From positions 19,716,001 through 19,780,000 of the forward strand of contig OX597843.1 in NCBI GenBank assembly GCA_951406725.2: a stretch of 64,000 nucleotides of DNA, in the 5' to 3' direction. Both the position numbers and the translations under genes were made by a program. The notes under the pieces are model-generated. The model did no database searches. It was given only the letters and a program-made list of their open reading frames with translations, and had not been told where the DNA came from. Source of the DNA: Octopus vulgaris (Eukaryota). Below are positions 1 to 13,199 of the stretch, piece by piece; position 1 is the stretch's first letter; each line of letters starts with the position of its first letter.

Positions 1-198
1 GATTATTATAATATTTTATAACATATTATAATATTTTCACAAAATAAATATAAGAGAGTGTTCACTATATTGATCACTCTAGCACCAGTTAATCCAAGAG
101 GTTTCAACCACGAAAAATACATGTTTCCCATGAAAGCCGGTACGACTGTTAGCTCACACGGACAGGGCAAATAAAAAATAACAAAAATACAGATTATT

Positions 199-274
199 TT
201 GGGACAATTGTTTCGCTATTAATGAATTAAATGTAATATTACTTACAGTAATCCATTTGTAGCTCTTCAGCCAA
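199..274 (-). ncRNA. Minimal type I hammerhead ribozyme motif
   Basis: Minus strand reads TTGG-CTGAAGA-GCTA...TAGC-GAAAC-AATT-GTC-CCAA. Full catalytic core, stem I TTGG/CCAA, stem II GCTA/TAGC, GUC cleavage triplet. Confidence 0.8.
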
Positions 275-509
275 GACTATCTGGATGAAATCCACTCAAT
301 CACACGCCAGATTTTACCATAACGATAATTACGCGTGCGGTTCAATTGATTACATCGGACGTTATAATTCAAATGCCCCAACCAACAGCGCGCCAAACTC
401 TCACGGAAAACAAATACAGCATTTAAATAATGACTATTACGCAATTAAAATTTTAATGTATTGATTAGTTCCATGGCCACAGTCATGACTGATACAAATG
501 GATTATAAA

Positions 510-574
510 GTATATACATATATATATATATATATACAGGCATATACACACAAACCTACATACATATACATGTG

Positions 575-611
<37 letters not shown>

Positions 612-699
612 GTGTGTGATGTATGTATGTATGTATATATATATATATGGTGTGTATATATACATATATATATATATGTATATATGTATATATATACAT

Positions 700-750
<51 letters not shown>
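510..750. repeat. (TA)n/(TG)n/(TATG)n compound microsatellite
   Basis: Direct reading; representative of dozens of similar tracts in the window. Confidence 0.95.
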
Positions 751-754
<4 letters not shown>

Positions 755-951
755 CCACAAAAAATATAGATAGCACACATTTATCTAACAACTTAGCTCT
801 ATTCCCAGACCCCCTAAAAAAATTGGCGGTCGCTCTATTTTGTGGTGCACACCACCATTCTCTTTTAACATTAAGAACTTATCTAAATCCTTCTTTAGAA
901 TACAAGACTGTAACTTCCCTCGACAACATAAATATAATTTAATTAATAGTC

Positions 952-1110
952 ATAATAATAATAATAATAATAATAAAACAGAAACAATTCCTATCATAGT
1001 AGGTGCATTAGGCATGATAAAAAAATATTCAGACAAATACATAACAAAAACACCAGGACTTACAAACACATATAACATACAGAAAATTGCACTACTAGGC
1101 ACTGCAAACT
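952..1110 (+). mobile_element. R4/Dong-like non-LTR retrotransposon 3' fragment (RLE C-terminus) after (TAA)n
   Basis: Translates KTETIPIIVGALGMIKKYSDKYITKTPGLTNTYNIQKIALLGTA, the PIxVGALG...QKxALLGTA tail of RLE-clade ORFs. Same sequence as the copy at about 36230-36360. Confidence 0.8.
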
Positions 1111-1152
1111 TTTGATTAATCTACTACAAGATTATTCATCTTTCTATTTCAC

Positions 1153-1196
<44 letters not shown>

Positions 1197-1228
1197 TATA
1201 TATAAATGTATGTATGTATGTATATATG

Positions 1229-1400
1229 TATACTAGTTTAAAAGCCACTCTACCGGGCTTTTAAACTAGTATATGGGTTTTAAGCAAGTGTGTCCGAATG
1301 GGAAGATCTGCAAACAGATCTCTGACTTGTTTTGGAGAATTTGTTGCAATTGCTTCCTCCAGAGTCATATCCCAATGATGACCATATTCCTCGCCAAAAA
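1229..1400 (-). mobile_element. Helitron fragment with terminal hairpin/CTAG
   Basis: Minus-strand HHWDMTLEEAIATNSPKQVRDLFA resembles the Helitron Rep/Hel W..TL.EA....SP.Q.R.LF motif. Ends in an 18-bp inverted repeat containing CTAG (1229-1273). Confidence 0.6.
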
Positions 1401-1739
1401 AAATATTATGTAAAAAGAAATGGCCGAAAATAATCGCAATAATGAAAACATGGGAATCCAAAATTTCCAGATTCCACGTCCAGATTCAGCCCGGAATGAT
1501 TTTAATTTACTCACACAGTTGGTGTTTAGATTATAAAACTGTTATCGTACAAAAAATGTGTCGCCAAAAGGACTCGAGGGAAGTTTCTGGGATCCGTACG
1601 GGATTACTAAGAAGCTGTTCACTGAACCGAAGAGTTGAACTTTATCATGCACGAACGAAGAATTGGATGTTCATATGAAAGAAACCTAAAGTGATCCGCA
1701 TCGTTTCCAGCCACAGTCACTTCTAAATGGGCAAAAGCA

Positions 1740-2153
1740 TCTCTTAGAACCTGATATTGAATTTCACACTGGGGATATCAAGGAGAAAGAGGTGAATGAT
1801 TTCGTGAGAAAAGCTAGTGCAAAGAGTGCCTCAGGAGATGACGGCGTCTCGTATAAAGTCTACAAGTACTGCAATCGTCTGCGAAAGAAGCTCTTCGTCC
1901 TACTCCGACAGCTGTAGCGCGAAGAGACTCTTGTAGAGGATTGGTGTAAGGCAGAAGGCATATACCGGCCGAAAGAGGTCAATGCAGAGACTATGAAACA
2001 GTTTAGGCCGATATCCTTATTGAATGTGAAAGACAAGATCTTAATACGAATTCTCTCGAGGAGAACAGTGACATATTTACAGAATAACGGATATGTTGAT
2101 GAATCTGTTCAAGAGGCTGGAATCTCTGGGATGCCTGGATGCGTTGATCACTG
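1740..2153 (+). mobile_element. Hero-like (RLE clade) non-LTR reverse transcriptase fragment
   Basis: KEVNDFVRKASAKSASGDDGVSYKVYKYC...QFRPISLLNVKDKILIRILSRRTVTYLQNNGYVDESVQEAGISGMPGCVDH. RT domains 0-2 with an internal stop; truncated by (TA)n. Confidence 0.75.
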
Positions 2154-2210
<57 letters not shown>

Positions 2211-4581
2211 TATTATTATTATTAATATAAGGAAATTAATATCCAAACTCATCATAATGAACCCCTATAATGAAATCCTATATTGATAAGCATTTATAGA
2301 CAACTCTTCTGCTCTCAGAGATATAAAATATGAATATTGTATAATATATCGAATGATGTTTTTTTTTTCAAAATTTGAAGTAAAATTTTAAAATGGTCTT
2401 TGTTTGAAATGCAAAATGAAAATTAAAAATTACTACTTTTGGTGAGAGTTTTTAAATCCATATATATTTCCTTTGATATTCTACTGCGATAATCCATAAT
2501 ATTCATACTCAAAATCCGTCATATTATCTTGTATTCCAGTATAGTTTCTTTTCAATTTGGAGTGGGTTTTCCCCCATTATTTCTTCGGTTCTCTTACCAT
2601 TGCCTAGCTACTGACATGAGACAGGAGTTCAAGGATGGTAACTTCTTTTAAGATGGAGAAAATAATGAAGAAAGACGCGGTGCTGTCATCACTAAAAGCA
2701 TTTTTTTCTTAAAGTGCCAAGAAGGAAGATAGTGCGCGTGCGAGCGTGTGCATGTGTGTGTATATGGGTGCGTATGTGTGCCTATGAGTTCATGTGTTGG
2801 GAAATATGTCTGGGTTGGTACTGTGTAATTTCGATGTTTTCCATTGAAAATAAAGTCAGTTATCTTCTAATTTCGTGTCTTTGTATGAACAGACATTAGT
2901 ACAATATTTACAAATTAGAAAAATAAGACCCACTGTTACAGAGATGAGTATCATGTTATAAATAGTGAGGCAGAGACAACATGTATATATGTATATGTAT
3001 TAAAGAAAGCAAAAATGAAACAAAAATGATAGTGTTCAGTATGTTGGCGACGGGAATTTCTGTCAAAGAGACATGGTTAAACAAAGTTGTACAACATTTC
3101 CCTCTTCCTCTCACATACCCACTTTCTCTCTCTCTCTCTCTCTCTCTTTCTTATTATTAATCCCACTGCCACCATCAACACTACTACTTTTAATGAAACA
3201 TCAACAACTCTCCCTAAATTTCTTTCTCTCTCTTTCTCTCCCTCTCTTTTTCTTTCTCTCTCTTTCTCACTGTCTGTCTTCGCCACCACCCTCACAGTCT
3301 CTATGCATACTATTACTCTCATCCCAGCATGAGGAATAGTAGAAGTGTATTTGAATAGTGAGAGATGGGGTCTAAGTGTGATACACTGACACACAGAAAT
3401 TAGTATTCGTATCTGTTATATTAGATTCTTAGAAAATCTATCCCGCTTTAAAAATATAAGTAGAGTGGCAGATTCCTTTGACTAATCCCGTCAACGTGGT
3501 GCCCCAGAATATCCGCAATTCCACTGAGGCAAGGAAAGATAAAAGATAAAATATGAATCATGTATTTGCTATTTGTGTTCCCGTGTCTTAATATCACGCA
3601 AAAGTTGTAAACTTGGATCACCGTCATACAAGCGGGCTTCTTTGTTTCTTGAAACCTTTTTCTGTCAGAGGAACAGATTTCTTCGCCTGAAGCAGATGAT
3701 ATTTGGTGTTTGTAACAGCATCTGACCATAGAAAATCTGTGTCACTGAATTCTGCCCGACCCATGCAACCGTGGCAATATGGACGTTAGAAGAATGATAT
3801 TATACATGGGTGCGTATGTGTGTGAGTGTGTGTGTGCGCGTGTGAATGTGTGTGTATGTGTGTAATGCGTGTATGTGTGTGTATGTGTTTGACTGCGTGT
3901 ATCTGTTTGAGTGGGTTTATGTGTGTGAATGTGTGTAAGTGTGAGAGTGAGAGTGAGTGAGTGTGTGTGAAAGAGAGTGAGAGAGAGACGTAGAGTGAAT
4001 GTGTGTGTGTTTGTTTGTTTGCCTTTATGCGTTTCTCACAGATGTGTCTCTTAAGTGACTTGGTGTATTAAATCAAAGATCTTTATGACAAAATATTATT
4101 GCTAAAACTGTTTAATATTTGTATTTCATTTACAAATGTTGTTCACATTTTTGACTTTAATCTAATGCTGTTTCAAGAGAATGTTGTGATTTAATTGACA
4201 CCCGGTCAACCTCTGCACGAATCAGCAAATGTTTAGCTTGTTTAATGCCTTATATTGGAATAAAGAGACTGGATTAACTCAGGATGTCTGGGATCTTCGT
4301 CGCTTTGTAGCGGCCAAATCAAACTGAAACATCGTTGATGCCCTCTCTGTGTTTTTAATACACTAAATTCCTTAAGCGAAGTCTATCCGAGACAAAACTC
4401 AGAACAAGCGCCGTTCTGAGTTTCTCTATGCATTATAAATGATCTACACACAAACTGTCATATATAGATGAGTACATACATGTAAACATTGGCAGTTATG
4501 TTGTATTAATATTGTTTCAGCCATTATAAAAAAACCGTATCAATGAATTCGTACAGAAAGAAGAAAAGTTTTGTTCCGTAC

Positions 4582-4739
4582 CCTATAGAGCTTATCATTC
4601 CTCATGGAGTAAAATACTACCCTTGCAAGGGTTGATCTTTGTTCGTCTTCCAGATGTTTTGGTAAACTCTTTGGTAAGGAAATAAAGGAAAGTGTCTGTA
4701 TATCATCTTGTTGTTGGTCAGAGTAGAGTGGTTATAGAG
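4582..4739 (-). CDS. Adhesion GPCR-like gene, GAIN-A exon (158 nt, apparent 1-nt frameshift)
   Basis: Acceptor CCAG at 4743-4740, donor GTACGG at 4581. Encodes LYNH / YSDQQQDDIQTLSFISLPKSLPKHLEDEQRSTLARVVFYSMRNDKLYR; the ISLP.SL and V.F....KL pattern is typical of GAIN subdomain A. Not in the ORF track. Confidence 0.75.
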
Positions 4740-5029
4740 CTGGTAGAGGAAAATAAAATGAAAATTGAAATTGATAAATAATAAATAACACTACGACAAC
4801 TGTTGCTGTTGTTATTGTTGTAACCTCTTCTTCCACAACAACTTCAATATTACAACACATATCATAATAGCTAAAACTATCAATACCAAAAACTACCACT
4901 GTCTCGTTCGTAAGCAACCATTGGGGGGTTCTGTAAGAAGCACACATACAACCAAATACATGAGTATACCCCCAGAGCTATACATAATTACACATTGACA
5001 CTAATGTCCATTTCACTGCATTGGTTGAC

Positions 5030-5064
<35 letters not shown>

Positions 5065-5068
<4 letters not shown>

Positions 5069-5365
5069 ATAAGATCGATATTTAAATACCAATCTTATCA
5101 GGTGGTCAGCATGGGAATAAAGAACTTCAAAGGTAATAATTATTTAAAATTATAATTTAGGGTATCTAAGAGATGCCACCACGCGGGAAATAGCAGCCAA
5201 AACTTGACGCTAAAATCACATTAAATATTCATACAGCACCAGGAGAGAAGACAAAAAGACAAAATAAATTAGCAAAAAAGTTACTGGATAATTCCAGATC
5301 CCGGATTTCTGACTTTGCATAAGAAATGCTTTGCCTTCATCAGTGGAATACACTGAGGTAGCGCA
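5065..5365 (-). mobile_element. Short non-coding element in (TA)n carrying a hammerhead motif (Penelope pseudo-LTR-like)
   Basis: Flanked by (TA)n on both sides. Related copy starts at about 12327 (ggataagatcg...gtggccagcatggaaataaa). Contains the hammerhead at 5291-5349. Confidence 0.55.
5291..5349 (-). ncRNA. Minimal hammerhead ribozyme motif (slightly degenerate stem II)
   Basis: ATTCCA-CTGATGA-AGGC..GCAT/ATGC..GTCA-GAAAT-CCGGG-ATC-TGGAAT. Perfect 6-bp stem I, AUC triplet. Confidence 0.65.
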
Positions 5366-5368
5366 CAA

Positions 5369-5421
<53 letters not shown>

Positions 5422-5424
<3 letters not shown>

Positions 5425-5572
5425 AAATGTAAAATGTGACAATTATTCGGTAGCCATGATAAAACTCCGAGTTTCGGATACCGAGGTGGAAATCCACGCC
5501 GCAATCCTTCCGGCATCCGAAACTCAGAGTTTTATCATGACTACCGAATAATTGTCACATATTACATTTACA
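5422..5572. repeat. Fold-back inverted repeat, ~60-bp arms
   Basis: tgtaaatgtaaaatgtgacaattattcggtagccatgataaaactccgagtttcggataccg and its reverse complement, about 4 mismatches. Confidence 0.9.
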
Positions 5573-7559
5573 GATACATTCCTCTATTTACATAATATCC
5601 AGGTCTCTTTCATTCTTTTGCTGTCTTACCATTTTTATCAATATATATATATATATATATACAACAAACGAAACATATACGAACGTATACATACATATAT
5701 ATGCATGTGTGCACACGACCAGTTTAAATTGCCCGCCTTAAAACTCCTCGTGCGATATGATCAGAATACCACCGCAGTGAATATAATGACGAAATAAATA
5801 TATAAATTTATATAAATAAGGATAAGATCGATTTTTAATACATACATACATACATACATACATATACATACATACATACATACATACATATACATACATA
5901 CATATACATATATAAACACACGTTTGTATGTATGCATATAATCTCACCCGCGAGTGTATGTGTGTATTGGTTGACGGCAGCTGTAAATACATATAAATAA
6001 CGTTGTTCCGCTCACCATTGTTACCATATTTATAACATTTTTTCTAAATATTTTGACCTGCAACTTCATTGAAATCTATAATTTTCTGTCTTCCATCAGT
6101 TTCTCCCATCTATTCTCCTCATGACGTTAATATTTCTGCAATGACTGGTTTATTTCCATGCACTGTGCAATCTTTCCATGGCAACTCATGTCGAAATCAA
6201 CTCGTTTAACGCTTCAAAAAGTATCAAGCTGATTGACTTTTCTGTTTCGCCGAAAACCATAATACCATGTTAAGTAGGATAGATGTAGAAAACAAGGATA
6301 TAGGAAAGATGATGGAGAGGCAGAAGAATTTGAAAAGATAATTAACCTAGTATCTCTTTAACAATTAGACTCATTAATATAAGTAAATATAAACAGAAGA
6401 GTCGTCGTCCATAGACAAAGTTGTTGAATGGTTAGTTTTGAGAGTCTTGCATTTTGTGGCCGCCACAGAAATTCTAAGCCACTTAGTAGCAGACAGGTTG
6501 TCTACACATCACAAGAAATGTTTTATAGTGAAGAACACAACTTTCTGTACTTTTCTGTGGTTGTCTTAATAATTTGTCATCAAATATATTAAGATTTAAA
6601 AATAAATATGAAAGATCTTTTATAACGAGACTACACTGTTGTGTTTTGGACATTTAACTGGACGACTTTTGGTGTTTAATTGCAAATGCATGATATTATA
6701 TATTAATGGACGTATATATAAATGTTGAGTGGTGAGAACGGACTGTATTGGTGTGTGTGTATGTATTTATGTGTACATATAAATATGAATCAGTCTGCAT
6801 GAACGAGAATGTGCATATATGTTGAGAAAAAAACTGGGCAAAATGAATGAGATATAAGGTGCAAGAGAGAAAGAGGGCGTCGGCACTGGTATAGTCAAGA
6901 AGGTTGGGAGGCAGTAGTGAAAAACCAACCTGCGATTGCTGAGTCTCTCCCTGAAAATGACCCGAAAAGAATCGTCATTCTAAAGCAAATTTGGATTTTA
7001 AAAGCATATCTTCATTATCTATTCCCACGGATTCAATCTGTATCTGTCAAACCTCCCCACCAACTCATCTGCACATCACCCACACTACGATCACCCCTGA
7101 CTATGGCATAATTTCCTCAGTTGCTCTAATTATATAGGAGCCGAACTGCACATATTCCATCCCCTTTTGTGCTACTAATTATCCCTTTCCTTGGAATCAC
7201 TTCTTTTATCCCTCATCTAACACTTCTATCACATACAAACAACAAAGATTTTGTTACAGAAGACCAAATAAGTGTTCCTCGCTTATTTTGCTATTCTCAT
7301 TTTAAATCTATAATTACATTTTTTTCTATAATGTCTGGATTTTGTGTGAAATGCCAATCACTTAATAAGATTTCTTACCACGTCCAGATTTTGGTTTTAA
7401 TAATCTTAATGCCAGTGATATGGTGTTTGCTTTTCAAGGTGAAAGCAATTTTTGCTTGACAACTATATGCAGATTCTAATGATTCTGATCAATAAAATTT
7501 ATCCCGAGTTAGCCACACTGAGTCAAGAGTTGCCAATTGCCCAACGGTCAGTCGCTGCA

Positions 7560-8800
7560 TGACAGCCAAGTAGATTCGTTGTTGAAGACAGCAGTTCACC
7601 AGAAGAGTTTGATAGTGAAATAGAAATAGGGGAAAGAATGGCATATATTTTCCAGATGCAACTAGCTCCCTACATTTGGGAAGCCAAATGGAGTTAAATG
7701 ACATAGTGTCCAATTTGGAATTATTAAAAGAAAAGGTAGAGTTGCACGGTTCCAGACCTCAAGATCGGAATTTTCTCCAGCGAAACTCCAAAGTTCCTAT
7801 TCGCCATCTGCAGTTTTCATCATTTTACTTAGACGAGGACAACATTTGTTTCTGCCACGATATCAGTGGTTTGAGGGAAAGGATTGACTTTTGCTATGAT
7901 CCAAAACTATGGAGACTGTCTATTGACTCTAGGGAAGCTTGTCTTAAAGCTCTATTACTGTACAACGGCAATGAAAGTCTTTCAATATCTTTAGCCACTG
8001 ATCTTAATGAGACTTATGAATTAGTGGAACTGCTACTAAGCTTCATCAAATATAAGGACCACATATGTAGTATTTGTGACAACCTTAAAGTTGTATTATT
8101 ACTTCTTGGGTTATAGTTGGGCTACAGAAAGCATATCTGCTTTTTGTGTCCATGGAACTGCAGAGATGAAAATACTACAAAAAACCTGATTGTCCAGTTC
8201 TAGATGAACTGAACATGTTGTTGTTAAACACAGTGTGAAATACCAAGCACTTATTGACCCTCAGAAAGTCCATTCTCTACCACTTCACATTAAACTTGGC
8301 CATTTGAACAATTTCATGAAGAGTATGGATGATCAATGTACTGGTTTCCAATAATTAAAGGATAAATTCAAAGGAATTTTGACGGATGCTCAATTAGAAA
8401 CTGGAGGTTTCACTCAACCTCAAATCCGCAGTGTCATCCTCGACTCATCGTTTACATTTAATTTAAATTAGCATAAACTGGGAGAATAGACATCTTTCGT
8501 TGGAGTTGTCAAAAATTGTTTTGGAAACTACCAAGCTGAAATCCACTGTGAACTCTTAGAAAACGTTTAAATCTTATGACAAAATGGGATGCAGAATGCA
8601 TTTGAAAATACCTTATTTACATTCTCATATTGACTTCTTGATGGCCAACCTTGGGGCTGAGCGACAAGACTGGTGAGCGCTTCCATCAACAGATCTCGGG
8701 GAAAACTGATGCCAAGTTAATTTCCACCCAAATATGATGGGTGATTATTGTTGGTTCCTGCAGAAGGAGAACCCGTCTTCATGCAAATGACAAAGTAAGA
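7560..8800 (+). mobile_element. Decayed DNA transposon transposase, probably Chapaev3-like (CMC)
   Basis: SQMELNDIVSNLEL..KVELHGSR, YDPKLWRLSIDS...LKALLLYNGN, ETYE, ICDNLKVV, PLHIKLG motifs with many stops and frameshifts. Superfamily label is from memory of this motif set. Confidence 0.6.
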
Positions 8801-10199
8801 GGAAATACCAAAGTTTCCCTTAGGAACAGGAAATAGTCTTTCGGTTGTAACAAGAAAATACTAACGCGCTTTGGGTGGTTGGTTGGGCGGAGGGATGGTA
8901 ATTCCACCAACGGAATTTTGTTTTAAGCTGGAAGAAGGGTGAAAGGCACTCCTGGTCACAAATTATTTAAGTATGGCCTGGGAAAGTACTTAGACGGCTT
9001 TCGTAACAGGAGAGGATGAGAAGAGAATTAAACAGAAGGATTTCTATGACACAAAATATGGTTGTGATAGAACAATTTAGATCTCAGATGTGAAATTAGC
9101 ATTGGATAGGAATCAGTAATTAGCGTGTGTGTAACAAAGAAGTTGAGGTTTGTTACCTTGCATTATCATCCTTTTGTTCCCTATTTCCAATGAACGTTTC
9201 TTTGCCCTGAATACCCTCTTACATCTGCCATCGAAATCCCTTTACTTTTCGTCACTCAATATATCCAGCCCTACGTGCCTCTAACCACTATCTCTGTCAC
9301 TGTGCAACTTCTCTATCCTCTGCACTTCGCATTATCTCACTATATCTTAACTATCAATGGTTTTATTTAATTCTTGCTCCCCGCCGTTTTCTCTTCTTTT
9401 TTTGCTTTGTCACCAATCTCCTCCTCCTCCTCTATTTTCATTACCTTCCCCAAAACTGAGATTCTCCATTGCCCACCCCTCCAATCATGTCAACCACTCA
9501 CAATTCAATTACATCCTCATCTCTACCAACTATCACTCTGCTTTCACACTCACCAACCGACCTACACACGCATTCTCGATTCTCTCCCCTATTTCTTCTC
9601 TGTCCCCCCCCCTTGTATCTTGGTGGTACTCTCTGACGCCTCATCTCCGCTCTCCTTCTCTTTTTCCATCTGGGATATCCATGCATCTCCTCCACCGTAA
9701 GACGCATAGTCTTATCTCTCTATTATACTTTAACCTCCCGATACTTGCCATAGAGGCACCTCCCTCAATACTGCATCCCTCCTAATCTGTTAAAGGGGAT
9801 TGTCGTGGGCCTTACTTGGTCTCCTCACTAATGCTGGTGCCAAAATACAACTCCCAACATACTTGGTAAAATGGTTGGCTTCAGGAAGGCAGTCCAGCCG
9901 CAGGAGTCAGGCAAAATCAGACATTGGAGGTTAATTGCAGCCCTCTCACTGGTCGGATTTTGTCGAATAGTCGAACCCATGCCAGCATGCAATACGTTAA
10001 TTGATGATAATGACAATATATTCATACGCATATACACCCATCTAATACATAAATGTACATCAGTATGACACAAGAAGAAAGATGTGGAAAATAAAAGATC
10101 CTGCAATTAGGAATAGATTTAGAGAAATCTACAGACACTTATCAGAAAAACTGATACTTATGGTTGCAAGGAATTCGATTTAGACATTTGTACTTATAG

Positions 10200-12170
10200 G
10201 TGAAACCTGGACATTTGTACGAAATTTCTAGCTCAATGCTACGGAATAGACACGTGGCTGGAGCAAAGTCATGACTAAACCGAAAGATATTTGGTGGTGA
10301 AACGTTACGGTTGGTAGGTCAGTAAAGGCTAAGAGAGACATGGAAAGCCAGGAAGGAAGATGGTAGTAGGGAGCGATATCGCATGTTAGAAGCGCAGCTA
10401 AGGGACAGGTATATTTAGCGAGGGATAAGACAGAGAAAAGGGGATTAGTGCTTGTCCAGAAATGTGAAGATCAGAGGCGCAAAGGTGTTTAGGATCGCGG
10501 GACTGAAAGAAGGAACCAAAATGTCTTTTATTGATAAATGTATTCAGAGCAATGACGGTGTATTCGCCATTGCCAGGGAACTCAAAATAGGGCCAAGGAG
10601 TGCAACAACAAGAGGTTGCTCAGTGTGGAGAACTCATGCGAGAAACTTGAAGAGATAGAAAAGTGCAAGTCAATCAGGGACAGTTGTGAAGATACTCAAA
10701 ATAGCCGGTGAGGTAGGGTTCAAGATAACCACCCGGATACTTATTCAAATTATTACAAGATGGAATCAGACTCAATGAATAGCTTAGCTGTATCGTCGTA
10801 AAATACCACAAAGTTAACGAAGATACCTCAGATAAAAGTTGTACATGAATCAAATTACCGGATCAGGTTATGATAGTCATAGCACAAGTGATTTGTGCTA
10901 GGAGAGACCTAGACGAAATACTGGAAGAGGTACTATAGATGTAACCTTTTTGGTGGGAGGACTGCAAGAGAAATACTGAACTAAGAGTAAACTATTATTT
11001 CTGGCCTTCCTTGATGTGAGGGAGGCATTTCTTAAGGTACCACGTACATTATTCCGATGGTCACTAAGAAAACTAGGCGCTTCCTAAAGCCTATGTGATA
11101 GCTGTACAAGCCATATACAAAAGTTCAGTAAGAAAGTGAGAATCAACAACGACTTTAGTGGAGAATTTAGCGTGAAAGCTAGAGTCCATCAAGGCTCAGT
11201 CTTTAGTCCTTTTCTATTCAACGTTGTCTTATAGACCATCACACAGGAGTTTAAGGCTGGCTGTCCACGGGAATTTCTACATGCTGATAACCTAGTTGGA
11301 TCTATAGGAAAAATTCCAGGCATGGAAGCTAAACCTTGATTTGGGAGTTTTTAAGGTAATCTTAGCAAAGGTAAGAGTTTTAGTAAGCAGAAAAGAAGGC
11401 AGGACCCTGGTATTTTCAGGGAAACAACATTGCTGTGTATGCCGAAAAGTTGTAGATATACTCTCCATACGCTGTACTTAGTGTAAGCTATGAACAGAAG
11501 AGAGATGTAGTGACGTAATGGAATCGCAGGCAGACGGCAGGTATATAAGCTTCTCGTGGAATATTACGTGTTATGAGTTCATGAGAAATAGTCTCCCTTG
11601 AATTGCTGAACGACTCACTAGAGTTGATCGATTGCGTTACCTCGGACATGGTTGCTCGGGAATTGTTGTAGCCAGAGTAAGAAAAGGCTGGAGAAAGTTC
11701 AGGGAACTACTACCGCTTCTGGCAACAAAGGTCTTTCCTCACAGAGTGAAGGACAGATTGTTTGATGCTTAGTGTCAGAACGGCAATGCAACATGATAGA
11801 TTGACATGGGCTTTGAATGAAGAGGACGGGAAAAGACTGGAAAGAGATGAAGCAAGCATGTTCCGTTGGATGTGCAATATGATTGCGCTTAAACGATGGG
11901 CTGAGAGAAAAACTTGGCTTTAGAGGAATGGTATTTAGTGTGCAAGAAAGAAGAGTGCGCTGGTATGAAGACGCGATGCGTTTGGATGAGGACAACTGTA
12001 TAAAGAAGAGCTGATCACAAAATGTGGCTGGAACTTGTGGACGAGGGAGACTAAGAAAGATATTGGAGGAAATGGTGCAGGCTGGCCTCAGGACCCTGAG
12101 ACTCACAGAGACGACAAAGGACTTGGATGTCTGGATGTGGTTCTAGAAACGACACGCTTATCACGGCCAA
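10200..12170 (+). mobile_element. Decayed RTE-like LINE (reverse transcriptase region)
   Basis: Fragments VHQGSVFSPFLF, FLHADNLV (YADD-like), RVRKGWRKFRELLPLL and an RGRLRK-type 3' motif; heavily disrupted. Confidence 0.7.
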
Positions 12171-12275
12171 ACTGACGCTTGAAAGCACTATGTGTATATA
12201 TTGTATATACGTGCTCAAATACACATATGTATATTATATATTATATATGTGCACAATATATATATGTATATGTGC

Positions 12276-12319
<44 letters not shown>

Positions 12320-13199
12320 TATAAATTAGGATAAGATCGTTAATTTAAATTAGATAACGATCTAATCAAGTGGCCAGCATGGAAATAAAAACCTTCAAAG
12401 GTCATAATTATAATTAAAATTATAACCAAGAGTATCTACGAGATACCGCCATGCTGAAAATAGCAGCCAGGATCTGACTCTAAGATCACATTAAGTGTTC
12501 ACAATCTCCTATTCATATCGAGCCTGCCACCGCTTCTTCTGAGGTGCTCTGCCCCTCATACCACTTCTTGTTTTCCAAAACCTCGCGCTTCGTAGCCATT
12601 CTTCATTTACGTCAATATTATTCTCTCCATCCAAACGCTCCACTGATTTCTTCTATTCTCCCCCACACTGGACCCCTGAATCCTACCCGCATGCACTACA
12701 CCTTGTTCTCTGTCTCTCTCTCTCTCTCTTTCCTTCACTATCTCCTCTAGCCTACCCAAACACGTAATCTCTCTGCTGACCTCCGCTTGGCAACTCTATC
12801 ATCTCTACCATCTTGTTACTGCTTTCTTTTGTCATTTCTCTCCCCCCCCCCAACCATTTCATGCACTATTATCCGTCCCTACCCGCTACACTCACCCTTC
12901 ATCTCTATCCACTCCTTACATACGTGGTCAATCTCTACAATCCCCGCAATTTCCTAATCCATAAACTTCGCGATACCCCCTCCATTCGCACCCCTATTTT
13001 CCCTACCCCCATTCACCTCTACTCATCTCATACCTTCAGCTTCACCCTCTACATCTCATCCCCTTTATCACTTCGCAGCTATTACTCATTCATTTCTCAA
13101 TCTTTCCACATAAATGTGAGTAACCGTGTTGCTCCTCTGCAACAAGAATCTCTTCTGCCCCAAATATATTCTCTCATACCACAACCATTATCTGCTAGA

